A stretch of DNA of 64,000 bases. Source: a virus. The notes beneath the pieces are model-generated. The model ran no database searches and was not told the origin of the DNA. It worked only from the letters and a program-made list of their open reading frames with translations. Location of the stretch: positions 32,022-96,021 of IMG/VR virus record IMGVR_UViG_3300033508_000214; one strand, given 5' to 3'. Shown here piece by piece: positions 29,431 to 38,172 of this stretch. Numbering within the stretch: position 1 is the first letter of the stretch; each line of letters begins with the position of its first letter. A program made the position numbers and the translations under genes.

Positions 29431-30351
29431 ATTTTAGCACAACATAATCATATACTATGAAACGAAACAAAGCATTAAACAAACTAAAGTCTTATAGGTC
29501 TTATGTATCTACAATGAAGCGTAAGCGTTCTGACGAACTTTTTGACTGGCTAAAGATAGTGTATTGCCAATCTATGGGGATACCTTACCATGCATAGCTT
29601 TGCTTGGATAGGTTTTGAAAAAGTTCAATCAGTACCTGTAGTGTTTCCTATGACCCTATGGATTGTACCGGCTAATGATGGCGTAATGATTAGTAAATCA
29701 AAATTATGATAAACTTTTTAAGTTGGCTAGCAGGAATTGTAACAGGGGTTGTATTATATACATTTCTTGTATGCACATATTTAGTAAAATAAATTATGTC
29801 TTGAACGTATAACCAAAACATTGTATAATTAATGCTTAAACGGAGAACATAATGAAGTATATTAAAGGTTTGGAAAAAGAACTAAAAAAGGCATTAGCAG
29901 AACAGGATGAACATCCTCTTAGCGGTTCTACTGCTCGTAAGGTAGCTATGTTACAACGTGAAATTGAAGCAGCTTATAGAAAGAAAAACGATGAAAGCAT
30001 TTGAAGCGATAGCTATACTGGAAGCACTTGACCCTAGTCACGAAGTTACGCTGACTATTAACACTAATAAGTGTACTAAGTCATTTGAGCCGATTCCTAC
30101 TAAATCTACCCAAACAACTATATGGGATGACTATACTCGTGAATGGGTGCTTGGTAAGCAGTTCTGGCCTAATCAGAACCACTACGACAGTATTTCCACA
30201 AGTACTATTCATTGAAAGATACTTATGAAAGATAGTGACAAACGCAAGCTAGTGAAACGAAATGTATTCGTTCCACTAGCTATGAATAGAAAAGCAGGCT
30301 CACATACTAAACCGTATAAGAGCTTGCGAGGAAAAGAGAACCGTGATATTT

Positions 30352-30425
30352 GGGATTGAAACATTAAGGTGATGTAACGGCCCTTTAAGCCGTAAAACTC
30401 GGATCGTTACCGTGCAGTCCTACCA
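30352..30425 (+). tRNA. tRNA-Lys(UUU) with C33
   Basis: ACGGC-CCTTTAA-GCCGT, CCA. Confidence 0.8.
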
Positions 30426-30559
30426 TATTTAAGAATACTAAGGATCAGTTTAACCTTGTCGGCCGCATCGTGTTAAAACTCCTAAATCCCTGGCAGTCCA
30501 TGCGCGCTTCATGCGTCATTCTTCAGGCAAGTGAGAATAGTAGTATTCTTAAATATGGT
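30422..30559 (+). ncRNA. Candidate structured ncRNA
   Basis: 19-bp perfect stem ACCATATTTAAGAATACTA/TAGTATTCTTAAATATGGT. Confidence 0.6.
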
Positions 30560-30969
30560 GCCAAGCTTAGCTTAAACGCTCCCTTTGTTTAACTAGCTCA
30601 AATTGGCTAAAAATAAAGCTAAACTGGTCGAGTATGCTTTACCCATTATCAGACTTGAGGGCTGTCGTCCAATAGTAACAAGACAGTATATTCTAGCCTA
30701 GGGAGCTAGGGCATACTTTAGTAGTTTTGTCAGTGTATTCTGGAACGGATTGATAAACCGTGAAACTACTAAACTATGTCAATTATTAACACTTTAAATT
30801 ATGAATAACCTTATAGCTATTCCTAAAGAATACTTCAAAGAGAAACCATCCTTAGAAGATTATATTGCAGCCCATGCCCCTACTAATATGTTTCATATTT
30901 CCTTTCTAGAAACTCAGTATTGTAGATTCATGGTATCTAAAAACTATTGGGGTATGTCATTTTAATTAC

Positions 30970-31044
30970 TGGGGTATATTGTAGTAGAAAACACCGCAGA
31001 CTTTGACCCTGTTATCCTACGTTTGAACCGTAGTACCCCTGTCA
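30970..31044 (+). tRNA. tRNA-Gln(UUG), degenerate
   Basis: Loop CTTTGAC, 1:72 mismatch; 3' end TCA and altered T-loop. Confidence 0.65.
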
Positions 31045-31407
31045 TTCTAGTATAGTGCTAGACGTTTAAGCCCATAAGCGTATGTTCTCCACGTAAGTTG
31101 AGAAGCTGGATTACATAACCAGCAAGAATTATTCCAGTAGACCCAAGTATGCACATGGGCGACACTGTTAATGCCTAATTAAATAGACTCTATTACCGGA
31201 TTCAATCTTTATAGCTGAACAAAACCTTAGTAAGACCCATCTATCAGGGTATATACCAGCCAATAGCTATGATTACTATAATAGCATAAAGCGCATACTC
31301 TGCGTATTGGTGAACATATAAGTTCTTAAAATCACGATAGAAGCTATAAAAATTTGAGCTTGTATCTATTATTAAATTGTTCTATAATAGATACTTCAGA
31401 ACAAAAG

Positions 31408-31573
31408 TTAATTAAAGATTAAACTCTGGCTGTGGCCACAGTAAAATGAACCAGCTATACACAATACTAAGCAGGGGTAATTATCCTGTGAAGTAGCGAG
31501 ACGCTGAACGGTGTATTAAGGTAATTCCTTGTTAAACCTAATAGAGTTTGCACAGAGTCTAATCTTTAATTAA
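31408..31573 (+). ncRNA. Candidate structured ncRNA
   Basis: Closing stem TTAATTAAAGATTA.ACTCTG/CAGAGT.TAATCTTTAATTAA after a promoter. Confidence 0.6.
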
Positions 31574-31826
31574 TCCTAGTGATGTAGTGTAGTACCAAAT
31601 CTTCTGAGTCCTTGTGACTTTCGACAAACCACACAATTTTTATTGTGTGTAAAGCTAAGGGAATGACAGTTACTTCATATGAATGATCTAAAGCACGGAC
31701 TTTATCCTCCGTACCCTTGACCCTAGTAGGGACTTGGGAAATAGATGAAAAACCTCGATTTCTGGCATTACGAGGCTAAACATAAGGCCAGAGCACTGAC
31801 AACGAAAATTCTCACTGCTAGGATTA
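31571..31826 (+). ncRNA. Y RNA-like ncRNA (long form) upstream of Ro60
   Basis: TAATCCTAG/CTAGGATTA and AGTGA/TCACT stems; CAGTTACTTC..CACTG internal motif shared with the 33653 element. Confidence 0.6.
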
Positions 31827-31850
31827 GTTACCCTTAACCAAAGGAACTTA

Positions 31851-31961
31851 ATGTATTATAAAGATTTAGAAACTGACGCTAAAGCTAAATGTGATCACGA
31901 TGCAGCGCAAAACGCTGCTGCTGCTGCCGCTGCTAAGCGTCGTACTAAGAAAACTAACTAA
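31851..31961 (+). CDS. 36-aa Ala-rich basic peptide
   Basis: AAGGA SD; ..NAAAAAAAKRRTKKTN. Confidence 0.45.
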   Translation: MYYKDLETDAKAKCDHDAAQNAAAAAAAKRRTKKTN

Positions 31962-32055
31962 AATTATTACTTAGTAATATAGACGAAAAGGCTTAGCGGT
32001 ACTGCTAGTACCACGAATACTAGATAGTCTCCCTTCTTTCAACTAAAAGGTACTT

Positions 32056-33369
32056 ATGTCCTCAATTAATCATATTCCTCGTCAACCTTCACACACAGTT
32101 AATCACGAAGGTACTAAAGTACCAGCTATTTCTGCTGAAAAGCAGCTTAAGCGTCTAGTTCTAGCAGCTATGCTATGGGAGAATCAATTTTACTCCGATG
32201 GGCAAGATTCAGCTAAGCTAGTGCGTGATCTAGTGTCTACGGTAGAACCTAGCCAAGTTGCTATCCTTGCTATTGAAGCACGCCATAATTACAAACTTCG
32301 GCATATGCCTTTGTTTATATGTCGTGAGCTGGCTCGTATTGGTCAGCTTAATGCTGATACACTTAACAAGTGCATTCAGCGTGCAGACGAGCTTGGAGAG
32401 TTTCTAGCTATGTATTGGTCTGAGAGCAAATGCCCTATTTCCAATCAGGTTAAGAAAGGCTTGGCTCAAGCATTCGGTAAGTTCAATGAGTATCAATTGG
32501 CTAAGTACGATCGTGATAATGCTTATGTAAGCATTAGGGATGTGATGTTCCTAAGCCATGTGAAACCTTGTGATAAGGCACAAGAAGCATTATTCAAACG
32601 TGTAGCTAATAAGGAGCTTACAACTCCATTAACTTGGGAAACTGAGTTATCCGCTGGTGCAGACAAAGCATACACTTTCACTCGCCTTATGGCGGAGAAG
32701 AAGTTGGGGGCACTAGCATTCTTGCGGAATCTTCGTAATATGGTTCAAGCTGGTGTATCGGAAGATACAATCCGTGCGTATACTTTAACACTTAATGTGG
32801 ATAAAGTACTTCCGTTTAGATTCGTAGCCGCTGCACGTATTGTACCTCAATTTGAGGATATGCTGGAACGTCTAATGCTAAAATCATTAGATACTTCAGA
32901 AAAACTGCCAGGTAAAACTGTGCTAATGGTTGACGTATCAGTCTCTATGTTTGGTACTAAGATTTCCGCTAAAAGCGATCTTGATCGCTTTGATGCTGCA
33001 GCTGCTTTAGCTATTTTGTGTAGCTCTGTATGCGAACAGGTAGAAATCTATACCTTTAGTAACAATCTAGTACGAATAGCTCCTCGTACTGGGTTTGCTT
33101 TGGCATATGCACTTAAAGGAAGCCAACAGATTGCAGGAACACACCTAGGTTCCTCGCTTGCTAAACTACAGGCCAAAAGCCAGTATGATCGTCTGATTGT
33201 TATTACTGATGAGCAGTATGACGATGCAATTGTACCCCCAAAATCAGACAAGGCTTACATCCTAAATGTAGGATCATATCAAAACGGTGTAAACCGTGGA
33301 GATTATTTGACAATTACCGGGTTTTCAGAAGCGTGTATTGACTATATACGTGAAGTAGAAAAAGAGTAG
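32056..33369 (+). CDS. Ro60/TROVE-domain RNA-binding protein with vWA domain
   Basis: NHEG, RADE, YQLAKY, TWETELS, ALAFLRNLRN, VLPFRF, DVSxSM MIDAS-like motif, ITDEQ. Confidence 0.92.
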   Translation: MSSINHIPRQPSHTVNHEGTKVPAISAEKQLKRLVLAAMLWENQFYSDGQDSAKLVRDLVSTVEPSQVAILAIEARHNYKLRHMPLFICRELARIGQLNADTLNKCIQRADELGEFLAMYWSESKCPISNQVKKGLAQAFGKFNEYQLAKYDRDNAYVSIRDVMFLSHVKPCDKAQEALFKRVANKELTTPLTWETELSAGADKAYTFTRLMAEKKLGALAFLRNLRNMVQAGVSEDTIRAYTLTLNVDKVLPFRFVAAARIVPQFEDMLERLMLKSLDTSEKLPGKTVLMVDVSVSMFGTKISAKSDLDRFDAAAALAILCSSVCEQVEIYTFSNNLVRIAPRTGFALAYALKGSQQIAGTHLGSSLAKLQAKSQYDRLIVITDEQYDDAIVPPKSDKAYILNVGSYQNGVNRGDYLTITGFSEACIDYIREVEKE

Positions 33370-33459
33370 GTAAATAGGTTGTTAGTACTAGCTTTCCCTA
33401 AGTGGCTAGGAGGACAGGAATTCCTGAAGGCGCTAACAACGCTACTACTAATACCTACT
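33365..33459 (+). ncRNA. Candidate structured ncRNA downstream of Ro60
   Basis: AGTAGGTA/TACCTACT and GTTGTTAGT/GCTAACAAC stems. Confidence 0.45.
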
Positions 33460-33652
33460 GGATGCTAAGATTGGTTAATGATCTGACCTTCTAGATATAA
33501 ACCATGCGTAATCAGTCGAAAAATGGTAGTAATAATGCACACCTCTATGAACGGTAGTCAGTCCAGAGACCAAAACCAAGTGCAGCATTAATTCAGACTC
33601 TAAAGGTAGCCAGTCCTTGTCCAAACTTGAAGCTCTAAACCAAAGTACAAGG

Positions 33653-33739
33653 TTTAGAAAAACATATAGTGTTAAATACGGTTACTTCTATTTTTGGTAT
33701 ATTTCGTTCCGTATTGCCTTGTTCTTATGTTTTTCTAAA
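33653..33739 (+). ncRNA. Y RNA-like ncRNA (short form) downstream of Ro60
   Basis: 14-bp closing stem, internal loop, AATACGG/CCGTATT helix, GGTTACTTC motif, pyrimidine-rich loop. Confidence 0.65.
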
Positions 33740-33750
33740 TCTTTTAATAT

Positions 33751-33843
33751 GGAAGGTTGGCAGAGTGGCCGATTGCATCTCTTTGCTAAAGAGACGAGTT
33801 ACTAATAATAGCTCCCAGGGCTCAAATCCCTGACCTTCTTCCA
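33751..33843 (+). tRNA. tRNA-Ser(GCU)
   Basis: TCTCT-TTGCTAA-AGAGA, long variable arm, CCA. Confidence 0.85.
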
Positions 33844-33846
33844 AAT

Positions 33847-33920
33847 ACCTAGTTAGTTCAATGGCAGAGCAATCGGCTGATAACCGATAGACGGTGGATC
33901 GTAACCATCACTTGGTACCA
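33847..33920 (+). tRNA. tRNA-Ile(GAU)
   Basis: ATCGG-CTGATAA-CCGAT, CCA. Confidence 0.88.
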
Positions 33921-33925
33921 AATAT

Positions 33926-33999
33926 ATGCCCTTAGTGTAGCGGCTGCACGAAAATCTCCAAAATTTTTAGGGCTAGTTCGAATCTAGCAGGATATGCCA
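33926..33999 (+). tRNA. tRNA-Trp(CCA)
   Basis: AAAAT-CTCCAAA-ATTTT, G73, CCA. Confidence 0.8.
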
Positions 34000-34484
34000 A
34001 CAAAAACATAAACTTGATTTATGTTTCCTTAACGTGTTATAATTATTCTTTAAGGAAACATAATGATTGAATTATCACTAATGTCAGCGTATGGTCGTAA
34101 TTATAATACAGACGAAGATATGCTAAAGGATTGGAATGAGGGTAAAGATTTTAAAATCTATCCTAATGGGCCTTATACCTCAATAAGAGATATTGGCAGA
34201 CTTAAGTGTCTTAATGAACGAGTTAGTATTACACGAGACTTTTTTACCTATAAGGTACTTTAATGAATAAATATGTAGTTGCTTATTTGAGCTTCTTTGA
34301 TAATCTTATTAAGCAAGAAATAGTATGTGCAGATTCAGAACTTGATGCAGCTTTGACATACTTAGCTAACCATCAGGGCACTTCATTTGATAGCGTGGAG
34401 CAAGAAGACCTCACTAATTTAGAGTCTCTAACAGATAATTGCTATGACTTAGATATTGCTATTTCTGTAATTAAAATTGATTAA

Positions 34485-34558
34485 CGCGGGTAGTGCAGCC
34501 AACACTTCAGTCTCATAAGCTCGAAGCATCCTAGGTGCGAATCCTAGACCCGCAACCA
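34485..34558 (+). tRNA. Initiator-like tRNA-fMet(CAU), atypical
   Basis: C1:A72 mismatch, anticodon CAT; reduced D-arm, bulged anticodon stem. Confidence 0.7.
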
Positions 34559-34718
34559 CTTAATCCACTGTAGTTTAAGGTAAGTTGCATCTACAAATAA
34601 AAACCTTTAAGCAAACGCGCTAGGTCATGGAAGCCTAGCACTAATTATAAACCATCGACTACATTTGTAGGATAGCATATTAGATGGGAAACAGGTTAGC
34701 TAGCCCTGTACTAATTCA

Positions 34719-34806
34719 GGGGTGTAGGGACGCTGGGCGTTAAACGGCTTTGAATACCGTCCTACTGTTGATAGCGGTAATTGTTCGATTCAATTACACC
34801 CCGCCA
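34719..34806 (+). tRNA. tRNA-Ser(UGA)
   Basis: Loop TTTGAAT, long variable arm, G73, CCA. Confidence 0.8.
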
Positions 34807-34812
34807 GAATAT

Positions 34813-34919
34813 GATAGTAAATAGCTACACGGGAACACCGATAGCCCCAACAAGTTTCGAATACGGTAAGGCAGGCCCAGAAGAAGGGCTATATCTAGGT
34901 TCAATTCCTAGTACTATCG
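34813..34919 (+). ncRNA. tRNA-like RNA (acceptor and T-arm, non-canonical body)
   Basis: GATAGTA/TACTATC, CTAGG-TTCAATT-CCTAG; no recognisable D or anticodon arm. Confidence 0.5.
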
Positions 34920-34943
34920 TTTATAACAATAACAAAGGGTTTC

Positions 34944-35552
34944 ATGAATAAACACGACGATGACGAATATGTAGATGGTATTATGCTAGGTAATAAATCT
35001 AGCATTAAACCAAAAGCGCTAGCACATTTATACGAGTACTACATCTCCGGCCCTATTACTGGCCCAGAAGATTATATTGAAGTATTTGATCAGATTCGCC
35101 ACGCTAGACCAGATGATGAAATCCGATTATATATTAATAGCTACGGCGGGGATTTGTACACCGCTATTCAATTCCTAAGAGTTCTTAGCGAAACTGAGGC
35201 CCTAGTTACTGCTTCTATTGAAGGTGCGTGCTTTAGTGCCGCTACATTGCTTTTCTTGAACTCAGACATCTTTGAGGTCACCCCCCATTCTAGCTTCATG
35301 ATCCACTCATATTCGGGTGGCACCTTTGGTAAGGGATCTGAAATGCATGCCCAGATCATACATGAAAAAGTATGGGCTAGTAAACTATTCGCAGAAGTAT
35401 ATGAAGATTTCCTTTCAGCTAAAGAGATTGAAGAAGTCTTAGCAGGTAGAGATTTATGGTTATCTACCGAGCAAGTAGCCGAACGTATGAATAAAAGAAT
35501 TGCAACTCGCCGTGAGTTGGCAGAGCTTGAAGATGCTACAAAACCAGACTAA
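34944..35552 (+). CDS. clpP: ClpP-like serine protease
   Basis: YINSYGGD, ACFSAATLLF (catalytic Ser), FMIHS (His), RDLWL (Asp). Confidence 0.85.
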   Translation: MNKHDDDEYVDGIMLGNKSSIKPKALAHLYEYYISGPITGPEDYIEVFDQIRHARPDDEIRLYINSYGGDLYTAIQFLRVLSETEALVTASIEGACFSAATLLFLNSDIFEVTPHSSFMIHSYSGGTFGKGSEMHAQIIHEKVWASKLFAEVYEDFLSAKEIEEVLAGRDLWLSTEQVAERMNKRIATRRELAELEDATKPD

Positions 35553-36114
35553 GGTAATTATATCTCTATTTGATTATTCAGGTAACTGGCCTAGCTTCTA
35601 CAAAGCTAACGGATACGATGTATATTCTTTAGATATAAAGAATGACATTGATATACTAACTTTAGTTAGAACAGACCTACCAAATAATGTATATGGTATT
35701 CTAGCAGCTCCACCGTGTACTGATTTTAGTGGTTCTGGTGCTCAATACTGGAAGACTAAGGATGCAGATGGAAGAACAGAAGCATCCTTATCATTAGTAG
35801 ATAAGACACTAGAAATTGTTAGTTGGTATCCAGAAATACGATTCTGGGCCTTAGAGAATCCCGTAGGTAGATTATCTACATTAAGACCACAAATTGGAAA
35901 ACCCTGGTATTTTCAACCTCATTGGTTTGGTGACCCGTATACTAAAAAGACGGGGTTATGGGGTAATTTCAATAAAGACTTACCTAGAAATGATGTAGTT
36001 CCTGACCCTAATAACTGGATAATGAAATTAGGTGGAAAGTCGGAGCGCACAAAAGAACTTAGAAGTATGACACCTCTAGGATTTGCAAAAGCCTTTTATG
36101 AGGCAAATAAATAA
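35533..36114 (+). CDS. Short DNA (cytosine-5) methyltransferase
   Basis: SLFDYSG, AAPPCTDFS, LENP. Confidence 0.82.
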   Translation: MLQNQTKVIISLFDYSGNWPSFYKANGYDVYSLDIKNDIDILTLVRTDLPNNVYGILAAPPCTDFSGSGAQYWKTKDADGRTEASLSLVDKTLEIVSWYPEIRFWALENPVGRLSTLRPQIGKPWYFQPHWFGDPYTKKTGLWGNFNKDLPRNDVVPDPNNWIMKLGGKSERTKELRSMTPLGFAKAFYEANK

Positions 36115-36124
36115 GGATTCACAC

Positions 36125-36253
36125 ATGGCAACTAAACCTAAATTCCATCCAGTAGACCCAGCTAAGGAGCCTGCTAAGGAGCCTGCTAAGGAGCCTGCTA
36201 AGGAGCCTGCTAAGGTTCCTCCCGCAAAGACCCCTAAGAAACCAGGAAAGTGA
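36125..36253 (+). CDS. 42-aa PAKE-repeat peptide
   Basis: AAGGA SD; 12-bp repeat CCTGCTAAGGAG; (PAKE)4 PAKV PPAKTPKKPGK. Confidence 0.55.
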   Translation: MATKPKFHPVDPAKEPAKEPAKEPAKEPAKVPPAKTPKKPGK

Positions 36254-36264
36254 TAAATTAATTT

Positions 36265-36339
36265 GGTAGGTTAGCGTAGAGGTAACGCGGCAGTCTCATA
36301 CGCTGTTATACATTGGTTCAATTCCAATACCTACTACCA
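36265..36339 (+). tRNA. tRNA-Met(CAU), elongator-type
   Basis: GCAGT-CTCATAC-GCTGT, CCA. Confidence 0.85.
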
Positions 36340-36441
36340 AAATTTCTTTTCTCGCGCAAACCAACGAAAATACACAACTGATTATAAGTAACGATCTGAA
36401 GACTCTATACCCCGTTTAGTCTTACGACTAAATGATCAAGT

Positions 36442-36518
36442 CTCTCCTTAGCATAACTGAATAATGTACTTCGCTACGAACGAAAAGACTGAAGGTTTAA
36501 TCCCTTTGGGAGAGGTCA
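36442..36518 (+). tRNA. tRNA-Arg(ACG), degenerate
   Basis: TTCG-CTACGAA-CGAA; altered D and T loops, TCA end. Confidence 0.6.
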
Positions 36519-36572
36519 TATATTAGTAGTGTGTCACCCTTTACCCTAGTTGACGACTTGGGCTACTAATAT

Positions 36573-36875
36573 ATGGCTAAAACATTTTCAAATCTAAAAA
36601 ACCCTAAGTGTGGCATGCACGATATTATTAGCTTCGGAAAGCTAAAAGGATGTAGAGTATGTGACGTAATAGAAGATCACTACGACTACCTAATATGGGC
36701 AGAAAAGCAAGGTTACATTAAGTTTCAGGAAATAGTAGTTGAAACTATCCAAGAAGCTGCTCATTTCGAAAAATGGACATCCCCAGAAGAATCATCAAAT
36801 CCTCATAAATATGAATATCTTTTTGAAATCGCTACACGACAAGAAGAGGACTGGTATGACGATATTCCCTACTAA
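36573..36875 (+). CDS. Hypothetical protein with FGK.KG motif (DUF3820/ExoX C-terminal-like)
   Basis: ISFGKLKG..V.D...DYLIW. Confidence 0.6.
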   Translation: MAKTFSNLKNPKCGMHDIISFGKLKGCRVCDVIEDHYDYLIWAEKQGYIKFQEIVVETIQEAAHFEKWTSPEESSNPHKYEYLFEIATRQEEDWYDDIPY

Positions 36876-36877
36876 AT

Positions 36878-37192
36878 ATGACTAAATTTGAAAACAGCGA
36901 TGCCATAGTATTAGGGCTAATTAAACATTTAAACTTAGCAAGTAATACCTCAATATCTAAAATATCGAGGATTAAATCTTTAGATATTTTACAAGAAGTA
37001 TTAGAATATCTAGTACTAAATATTTCTACAGAAATTGATGAAGAATTACAATCTATATACTCAAGAGTTTTACCTAAGATTTTAGTTAAAGTAATTAAAG
37101 CTAAAGTATGTATCAACACATCACCCCAAGATTTTAAGGACGAAGTAGGGTTCCTACGAATAGTTCTAGGGTACAACAACCCGAATATGTAA
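36878..37192 (+). CDS. Hypothetical protein
   Basis: AT-rich ORF upstream of flagellin. Confidence 0.45.
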   Translation: MTKFENSDAIVLGLIKHLNLASNTSISKISRIKSLDILQEVLEYLVLNISTEIDEELQSIYSRVLPKILVKVIKAKVCINTSPQDFKDEVGFLRIVLGYNNPNM

Positions 37193-37228
37193 AAATATAG
37201 TTCCTTACTTTATTATAAAGGTTCTATC

Positions 37229-38050
37229 ATGTTATCAATTAATAATAACTCTACTGCTTCTTCTATTTCTAATATATTTAATTCTATCTCTAGGGATATG
37301 GATTTAACTAATAGAAGAATTGCTACTGGTAAACGGATTTTATCAGCCGCGGATGATCCTGCTGGAAGTTCTATTGTCTCTTCTTTAAAGAGTCAAAACT
37401 CATCTTATGACGCAGTTCAAAAGAACCTTTTAGCAGGTAGTTCTCTACTTGACGTAGCATCTACCGCATTAGACTCTCAACAGACTCTAATGACGCAGAT
37501 GAAAACTATTGCAACCCAAGCTGCTTCTGGTACCCTTTCCGCGGATCAACGTACTGCACTACAAAATACTTTTACTGAGCTACAAACTCAGCTTAATCAG
37601 ACAGCCAATGGTGCGTCTTTATTTGGACAAAATTTGACAGGAACAACGGCTGCTGCTGTTCAGTTACAAACAGGTATTAATGCTGGCAATACTTATAATT
37701 TAAGTATTGCTAAATCAGATGCCGCAACTTTAGCTATTGACGCAGCAACTATTGATATTACAGACGCTACTAAAGCTGCTGCTGCAATGACAGCATTAGA
37801 TACAGCGATTGGTACAGTATCTTCTAATCAAGGTATTATTGGTGCACAGCAAAATGCTTTAAAAGCTATTACTCAGACCGCTACAAATACACAAGAAAAT
37901 CTAGTTAGAACTATCTCTAGCATTGAAGATGTAGATATGGCAGCTGAGTCTACTCGATTAGCTCAGCTACAAACGAAGCAGCAATTGGCTGGCTCGATGT
38001 TGTCAATCGCTAATCAAACTCCAAGTTACATCTTACAGTTGTTAAGATAG
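37229..38050 (+). CDS. fliC: Flagellin (minimal D0/D1 type)
   Basis: SINNN; RRIATGKRILSAADDPAG; QAASGT.S..QR; LQTG; IGAQQN.L; IEDVDMAAE...L...Q..QQ....ML..ANQ.P..ILQLLR; no Cys, His or Trp. Confidence 0.93.
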   Translation: MLSINNNSTASSISNIFNSISRDMDLTNRRIATGKRILSAADDPAGSSIVSSLKSQNSSYDAVQKNLLAGSSLLDVASTALDSQQTLMTQMKTIATQAASGTLSADQRTALQNTFTELQTQLNQTANGASLFGQNLTGTTAAAVQLQTGINAGNTYNLSIAKSDAATLAIDAATIDITDATKAAAAMTALDTAIGTVSSNQGIIGAQQNALKAITQTATNTQENLVRTISSIEDVDMAAESTRLAQLQTKQQLAGSMLSIANQTPSYILQLLR

Positions 38051-38053
38051 TAT

Positions 38054-38125
38054 ACTGCCCCTAGTGTAGGGGCTGCACATTTATCTGTGGAATAAGTAGA
38101 GAGTTCGATTCTCCGGTTCAACCCA
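38054..38125 (+). pseudogene. tRNA-His(GUG) pseudogene
   Basis: D-arm, TTAT-CTGTGGA-ATAA, T-arm and CCA present, but the acceptor stem cannot pair. Confidence 0.6.
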
Positions 38126-38172
38126 ATAAAAATAATCTTGATTACTTTGTTAAAAATTGTTATAATTAATGC

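Noticed and set aside
31131-31180. tRNA-Asn(GUU)
   Set aside because: Only a 5'-half-like remnant (CTGTTAA loop) with no T-arm or acceptor partner; a similar 5' fragment lies near 34563.
37150-37228. Sigma28 promoter for flagellin
   Set aside because: No TAAA-N15-GCCGATAA match seen.
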